In this document: one piece after another, positions 59,556-64,000 of the stretch
Layout: each line of letters begins with the position of its first letter
How positions within the stretch are numbered: the first letter of the stretch is position 1
Assembly (NCBI GenBank): GCA_016700095.1
Contig: CP065002.1
Span: 867,141-931,140, forward strand
Direction of reading: 5' to 3'
Length of the DNA stretch: 64,000 bases
Origin: Candidatus Woesebacteria bacterium
GTDB taxonomy: Bacteria; Patescibacteriota; Microgenomatia; UBA8517
Notes under the pieces: generated by a model
What the model was told of the DNA's origin: nothing
Seen by the model: only the letters and a program-made list of their open reading frames with translations
The model's database searches: none
Translations under genes and position numbers: made by a program

Positions 59556-61268
59556 CTAGAATACCTTATATCGATTTACATTTGACTCATCAAGAACCTC
59601 AACAAGTCTAAAAATCATCTCACCGGTTGGTAAGGTAATTTCTCCGATTTGTTTAAATTCTCCCGGATCAACTGAATCCTGGATTGGAATTGTCTCGGAA
59701 TCCGCAGCAAACAATGTACCAAAGTCTCCACGCGCTGTCGTCCAATTTAAGTATTCAAAACTTATATTATCAAGATTTGTCACCCTACCAACATCACCAT
59801 ACCTGCTTTCTTCTAGGTATGCATTTTTTTGATAAGTCGCAGGATCGTATTTCTGATAAAAAAGAAAATAAATATACGGTTGAGCATACGTAAAATGTAT
59901 TTTTACTTTTTTATAATCATGTTGGATTGGTGTAATTATTTCGACTAGTTGTTTATATCCATAATCCCAATATCTCGCGTTATGAATTGGTTGGTGAACG
60001 AAATATGCATCGAGAAAATAAAATACACTCGCCAAATACAATAAAAATACTCCTAAAATGCCAACATATTTCACCTTACCCCATTCCGACACTTTCTGTG
60101 AAAAGAAAGACAGACCAAAAGCAGTCACTACTACCAAAGGAATAACCATGTTATAAGACCTCACTGCATGAATTTGGTCGCGCGATAAGGCGGATGGCAA
60201 AGGAGCAAGCAAAAGCCAAAGTAAAATGAAACGAGCACCTGTGTTGTTAGCATTTATCAAAATATATAGACCGCAAAGTAAAAAAAGTGAATCAACAAAT
60301 AGCATTTCTCCCGAGCTGGGAGCTGAATGTCTGGGATTTTGCCAATCACCCTCAAAAAATAGAAATCTCGGAGAAAAGTGATTGAACCACCTTCCCATAA
60401 TTCCCTTGGTTATATTTAGATTTTCAGAATAATAAAGATAGTATTCCGGCGATCCAAATTTAACATCCGCAGTCGCCAAAAGATCCGTTAGATATTCTTG
60501 CGGCCTTGTATATGAAAACACGCTAAACACCTTCAGCCGTCCAGTTTCCCCTTTTGAAAATGATGCAATTATTGGAAATGCCACAATCAGTCCAACAAAA
60601 AAAGACAACACTAAAACTTTTAAGTTAATCTTACTAATTTTCTTTCTGTAAATAATTGCAAGAAGAAATAGAACTATTAGACTGGAAAGTTTCGCGCCTT
60701 GATAGGCAGTCAATGTCGCTCCGAAAGATAGTGCAGCAGGTATCAGATATTTATTATTTGTAAACGATTTTAGAACACAATATATCCCCAAAAGTGTCAA
60801 TGTTAACGCTATGTTAATTTCCCAAGCACCTCGTGAAAAATGAATGTGCCAGGGTGAAATAGCAAGGATAAGTGATGATAATAACGCCGGAGAAAATACT
60901 CCTTTATTTTTTTTATTTTCTACTTCTAATAATAAATTGACAATATGATAAATTATAAAAACTGCAAATATTCCTGAAAGTGAACTGGCCAAACGAACAG
61001 ACACTTCATTAAGGTCAAAAAGAAATACAAACGGAACTGTGGCGTATACATACAAACCGGGTTTGTAATCTCCAAAGGATTTAAATACAATCGGGAGCAG
61101 TTTTCCATATTCATCACGTCCTGTTTTTAGAATCGAGTATGCGTTATAACCAAGCGCCGCCTCATCGGGAGTTAAATGTGGTGGATTTACTCCCAGATTC
61201 CATATTCGCAAAAAGGCAGCAATTACCAATATAGCTAGAAGTGAATAACGTTTCATGTATTGTCTCAT
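59556..61268 (-). CDS. GT-C glycosyltransferase, ArnT/PMT (GT39/PMT_2)-like. Tandem paralog 2 of 4.
   Basis: LRIWNLGVNPPHLTPDEAALGYNAYSI, WHIHFSRGAWE. About 50% amino-acid identity to paralog 1 in the N-terminal region. Confidence 0.7.
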   Translation of the reverse strand: MRQYMKRYSLLAILVIAAFLRIWNLGVNPPHLTPDEAALGYNAYSILKTGRDEYGKLLPIVFKSFGDYKPGLYVYATVPFVFLFDLNEVSVRLASSLSGIFAVFIIYHIVNLLLEVENKKNKGVFSPALLSSLILAISPWHIHFSRGAWEINIALTLTLLGIYCVLKSFTNNKYLIPAALSFGATLTAYQGAKLSSLIVLFLLAIIYRKKISKINLKVLVLSFFVGLIVAFPIIASFSKGETGRLKVFSVFSYTRPQEYLTDLLATADVKFGSPEYYLYYSENLNITKGIMGRWFNHFSPRFLFFEGDWQNPRHSAPSSGEMLFVDSLFLLCGLYILINANNTGARFILLWLLLAPLPSALSRDQIHAVRSYNMVIPLVVVTAFGLSFFSQKVSEWGKVKYVGILGVFLLYLASVFYFLDAYFVHQPIHNARYWDYGYKQLVEIITPIQHDYKKVKIHFTYAQPYIYFLFYQKYDPATYQKNAYLEESRYGDVGRVTNLDNISFEYLNWTTARGDFGTLFAADSETIPIQDSVDPGEFKQIGEITLPTGEMIFRLVEVLDESNVNRYKVF

Positions 61269-61321
61269 GTTACTGACAAAATCTAATTTGCTCTTTGCGA
61301 TATATAATTCTAATTGACAAG

Positions 61322-63148
61322 CTATTGATTAGCATATATTTCAAAGGCGGGTTCATTATTCAAAAAGTATACAGTTTCGTATTTTTTCCATCCACTAGGC
61401 ATATTTCCGGGTGAGGTGATTAACAAACATTTTATTTCATTGCAATTAATATCCCCACCACTTTCAAGCACAAAGTGGTTTTCTTCTCTATCGCCACTTT
61501 TTATTTGCCAATCATTGACAAAATAAAACTTATCAAATGCATCTACCCAAAACCATTCCGTTTGCTCAAAACGAATGAGATTCGGATCATTCCGATACGA
61601 CTCGGGTTTCCATCGCCATGGCGCCCCACCCCCAACCCCTCCGTAGAAAAGAAAAAATTCGTGAGGTTCACCGTATTTTTTAGTCACTATTATTTTGTCG
61701 TAATCGTAATAGTACTGTTTAGTGTATTGAACTACTTGTTGATACCCGTATTGCCAACTCCATGAATAGTTACTTCTATATGAAGTAAAGTATCCATGCA
61801 AATAGTTCTCGGCGGATAAGATTATCAAGAAAATATAAATTGGTGTTATTATCCATGCCATATTTTTTAAAGTTATACGTTTTCCCTTGTTAACGAAATT
61901 CATAAACGTTAAATAACCAAATGCAGTTATAATCATTGGTGAAGGAAGCATTGTCGAGGAACGTAAAACATGTGGTGCTTCCCGAGTAATACTCGACGCA
62001 ATAGGTCCGACAAAAAACCAAAAAAGAATAATATTTCCTACTCTGTTTTTTAGTCTCAACAAAGCAAAGACTCCGATTACAAGAAATATTGCGTTAATAA
62101 TATAGAGTAACCCGTGTTTGGGAACGCTAAACTGATATTGACTACCGCCGTCGGTAAACAAATAATCACCCTTAAAATGAGATGTCCAATTGCTTGCTGC
62201 CTTTTTAATAAAAAATGTTCCCTTATTATGTAAAGCCCGTGCTATAAACGGACTATAAGGTGATGAATTTCGTAATTCATCAATTTGTGCAATTGCACCC
62301 TCGTCAACTATTTCCACTTTACTGTATCTAGCTTGTCCAGCAGGATTAACCAATTGAGCAAACATGGAAGCTGTAAAGAAAAAGAGAATGATAAACGAGA
62401 ATTTTACCAAATGTACATTTCTAAGATAAATCCCTGCAATTTCCAACCTATAACCTAAAACTAAAATTACGACAAACAAGGGAACAAATATCCTTGCTGA
62501 ATTGTAGGTCCAAACGGCTAATCCAAAAAATACTGCCGACCAAACTAAATTCATATATTTTTTCTCTGCCGATATTAGCAAGTAGGTCGCAAACGTAATG
62601 AAAAAGAGCGCAAGATTAGCCTCAAAAGCTGCACGGGAAAGAAATAGTGTCCAGGGTTCAATAGCAACAAGAAACGCTGTAAGTAAAGAGAGATTTTTTA
62701 ATCTTTCTTTTGACGCTATTTCGTTTTGGAAAAGCGTATGTGTCAAGAAATAAGAAACAATTACCAACCCGACACCGGCAAGCATTGAGGGTAATCTCAC
62801 TGCTAGTGTATTTACACCAAATAGTTTTTCCGATAATGCTGTAACATAAATATACACCGGCAATTTATAATCTCCATAAGCACGAAATATTGTTGGCATC
62901 TTCTTACCCCATTCGTCATATCCCGAAGAAAGAAGTGAATATGCATTATAACCATGGCTCACCTCATCCCAATTTAGCGATGGGGGTGTATTGTCAATAG
63001 CTACAAACCGTACAAGAATGGAAAAAACCACAATAGAAAGAAGTGTCATGTTTTTTGTGTTTCTTACTTTGTGAATTACAGGACACGATAAAACACCCCG
63101 ACCACAATTTCGCAGTAAATATTTTATAGTTTTTCTCATAGATTTCAT
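61322..63148 (-). CDS. GT-C glycosyltransferase, ArnT/PMT (GT39/PMT_2)-like. Tandem paralog 3 of 4.
   Basis: DNTPPSLNWDEVSHGYNAYSLL (DE motif). Multiple TM helices and a soluble C-terminal domain. Confidence 0.65.
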   Translation of the reverse strand: MKSMRKTIKYLLRNCGRGVLSCPVIHKVRNTKNMTLLSIVVFSILVRFVAIDNTPPSLNWDEVSHGYNAYSLLSSGYDEWGKKMPTIFRAYGDYKLPVYIYVTALSEKLFGVNTLAVRLPSMLAGVGLVIVSYFLTHTLFQNEIASKERLKNLSLLTAFLVAIEPWTLFLSRAAFEANLALFFITFATYLLISAEKKYMNLVWSAVFFGLAVWTYNSARIFVPLFVVILVLGYRLEIAGIYLRNVHLVKFSFIILFFFTASMFAQLVNPAGQARYSKVEIVDEGAIAQIDELRNSSPYSPFIARALHNKGTFFIKKAASNWTSHFKGDYLFTDGGSQYQFSVPKHGLLYIINAIFLVIGVFALLRLKNRVGNIILFWFFVGPIASSITREAPHVLRSSTMLPSPMIITAFGYLTFMNFVNKGKRITLKNMAWIITPIYIFLIILSAENYLHGYFTSYRSNYSWSWQYGYQQVVQYTKQYYYDYDKIIVTKKYGEPHEFFLFYGGVGGGAPWRWKPESYRNDPNLIRFEQTEWFWVDAFDKFYFVNDWQIKSGDREENHFVLESGGDINCNEIKCLLITSPGNMPSGWKKYETVYFLNNEPAFEIYANQ

Positions 63149-64000
63149 TTTAAAGCAAATTCCGTCGAACTGGGATTAACAAAATAAATCGCCGTCTCGC
63201 CACTGGGATAAGCAACTTCATACTCAGGTACGGTATTTAATGGAAATTCTTCTTTCTTTCCCACCAGTAATGTCTTACCTAAATATTTTCGTTTTTCGAA
63301 ATCAATATTTTCAAACTTGATATTTCCCAATGAATAACTTCCAAGTTGGTCGAGAAATTTTAAATTTAGATCGCGATATCTACCCCAATTTTTTGCTTCA
63401 CCTTGAACCATCTTAGGGTCATATTCGTTGTAAAAGGCAAAATAAATATGGGGTTCGGAAAGTGTACGACTCACAATTATAAACTGATATCCTTTTATAT
63501 TATTTAAATACTTAACCATGTCCTTTCTTCCATAAAGCATAGATGGCGCGGTGACGTAAGCCGACTTGCCAAAATACTGATAAGAAAACTCAATTAAGTT
63601 AAAACCAATAAGTGCTGCCAATGTAATTACGAGAAGTCGTCTTTGGGGCACCGACACATTATCAATTCTAATAAGTGTGAGTATCCAATAAGCACCAATT
63701 GCCATGGCAATTTGTAAGGCAGGAAGCATTATCACCGATCTGTTACCAGCAAAACCGACACCTGTAGACAGCGCTGCAGGAATCGGAGCACACACTAACC
63801 AAAAAACAATTAACCACATCTCCTTCAGGTGTCTATACTTAACCACGCCGACAAGAAATGCAAAAAGTAGTATCAATTCAAATGGATAGATTACTCCACG
63901 GCCCGGTATCATTCCATACGTCGCTTCGGCAGGTCCGTGGTCTACGAGAAATTTGAGTGAATAGTATTGTTTATAGTTTTCAAAGAATCTATTAGTAGTA
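63145..64000 (-). CDS. GT-C glycosyltransferase, ArnT/PMT-like. Tandem paralog 4 of 4. Partial: the N-terminus lies beyond the window end.
   Basis: Hand translation shows the frame stays open upstream of the internal Met at 63912 to the window end (...NRFFENYKQYYSLKFLVDHGPAEATYGMIPG...). WLVCAPIPAALS aligns with WWLLIAPFAAALT and WLLLAPLPSALS of paralogs 1 and 2. Confidence 0.6.
   Translation of the reverse strand, partial: TTNRFFENYKQYYSLKFLVDHGPAEATYGMIPGRGVIYPFELILLFAFLVGVVKYRHLKEMWLIVFWLVCAPIPAALSTGVGFAGNRSVIMLPALQIAMAIGAYWILTLIRIDNVSVPQRRLLVITLAALIGFNLIEFSYQYFGKSAYVTAPSMLYGRKDMVKYLNNIKGYQFIIVSRTLSEPHIYFAFYNEYDPKMVQGEAKNWGRYRDLNLKFLDQLGSYSLGNIKFENIDFEKRKYLGKTLLVGKKEEFPLNTVPEYEVAYPSGETAIYFVNPSSTEFALK

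Noticed and set aside
1-64000. Mobile elements, prophage, CRISPR arrays, tRNA/rRNA genes
   Set aside because: No integrase, transposase or recombinase-like ORFs. No repeat-spacer arrays. No intergenic segment with tRNA-like size and structure. Intergenic space is minimal except at 23157..23350, 43294..43700 and 49540..49697.

Overview
The window is a gene-dense, visibly AT-rich, about 64 kb stretch. Roughly 90% of the coding capacity lies on the minus strand, and genes are tightly packed with many 4-bp ATGA-type start/stop overlaps. Ribosome-binding sites look weak or absent. I found no rRNA, tRNA, CRISPR array, integrase or transposase.

Almost every gene belongs to one very large surface-glycosylation locus:
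- 16 multi-pass membrane proteins with features of GT-C-fold, polyprenol-phosphate-sugar-dependent glycosyltransferases. These include ArnT/PMT (GT39/PMT_2)-like proteins with a D-E pair after the first transmembrane helix, one YfhO-family protein, two giant AftD-like proteins of about 900-990 aa, and a distinct 'YFWxDD/FAQDEW' subfamily.
- 11 GT2 (GT-A) glycosyltransferases. Five look like soluble or membrane-anchored polyprenol-phosphate-sugar synthases (DPM1/GtrB/CsbB-like).
- 4 GT4 glycosyltransferases.
- 2 Wzx-like flippases and 1 EamA transporter.
- 4 SAM-dependent methyltransferases.
- A nucleotide-sugar toolkit: GDP-mannose 4,6-dehydratase, a DegT-family aminotransferase, an extended-SDR epimerase/dehydratase, a UDP-GlcNAc 2-epimerase-family protein, two hexapeptide acetyltransferases, an FdtA-like cupin, a second small cupin, a classical SDR and a Rossmann-type flavoenzyme.

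The only housekeeping genes are a family II Mn-dependent inorganic pyrophosphatase and a class II fumarase/aspartase-family lyase. The lyase is interrupted by an in-frame TAG.

Two of the GT-C proteins carry C-terminal discoidin (F5/8 type C)-like carbohydrate-binding modules. Four ArnT/PMT-like paralogs sit in tandem at the 3' end of the window. No initiating phosphoglycosyltransferase, Wzy polymerase or Wzz is present. This suggests a combinatorial extracytoplasmic glycosylation system built on the three-component logic of lipid-sugar synthase + flippase + GT-C, rather than a classical O-antigen or capsule locus.

The gene content and the many PMT_2 paralogs are most consistent with a small-genome uncultivated lineage such as Patescibacteria/CPR (Microgenomates-like). 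That placement cannot be proven from this window.
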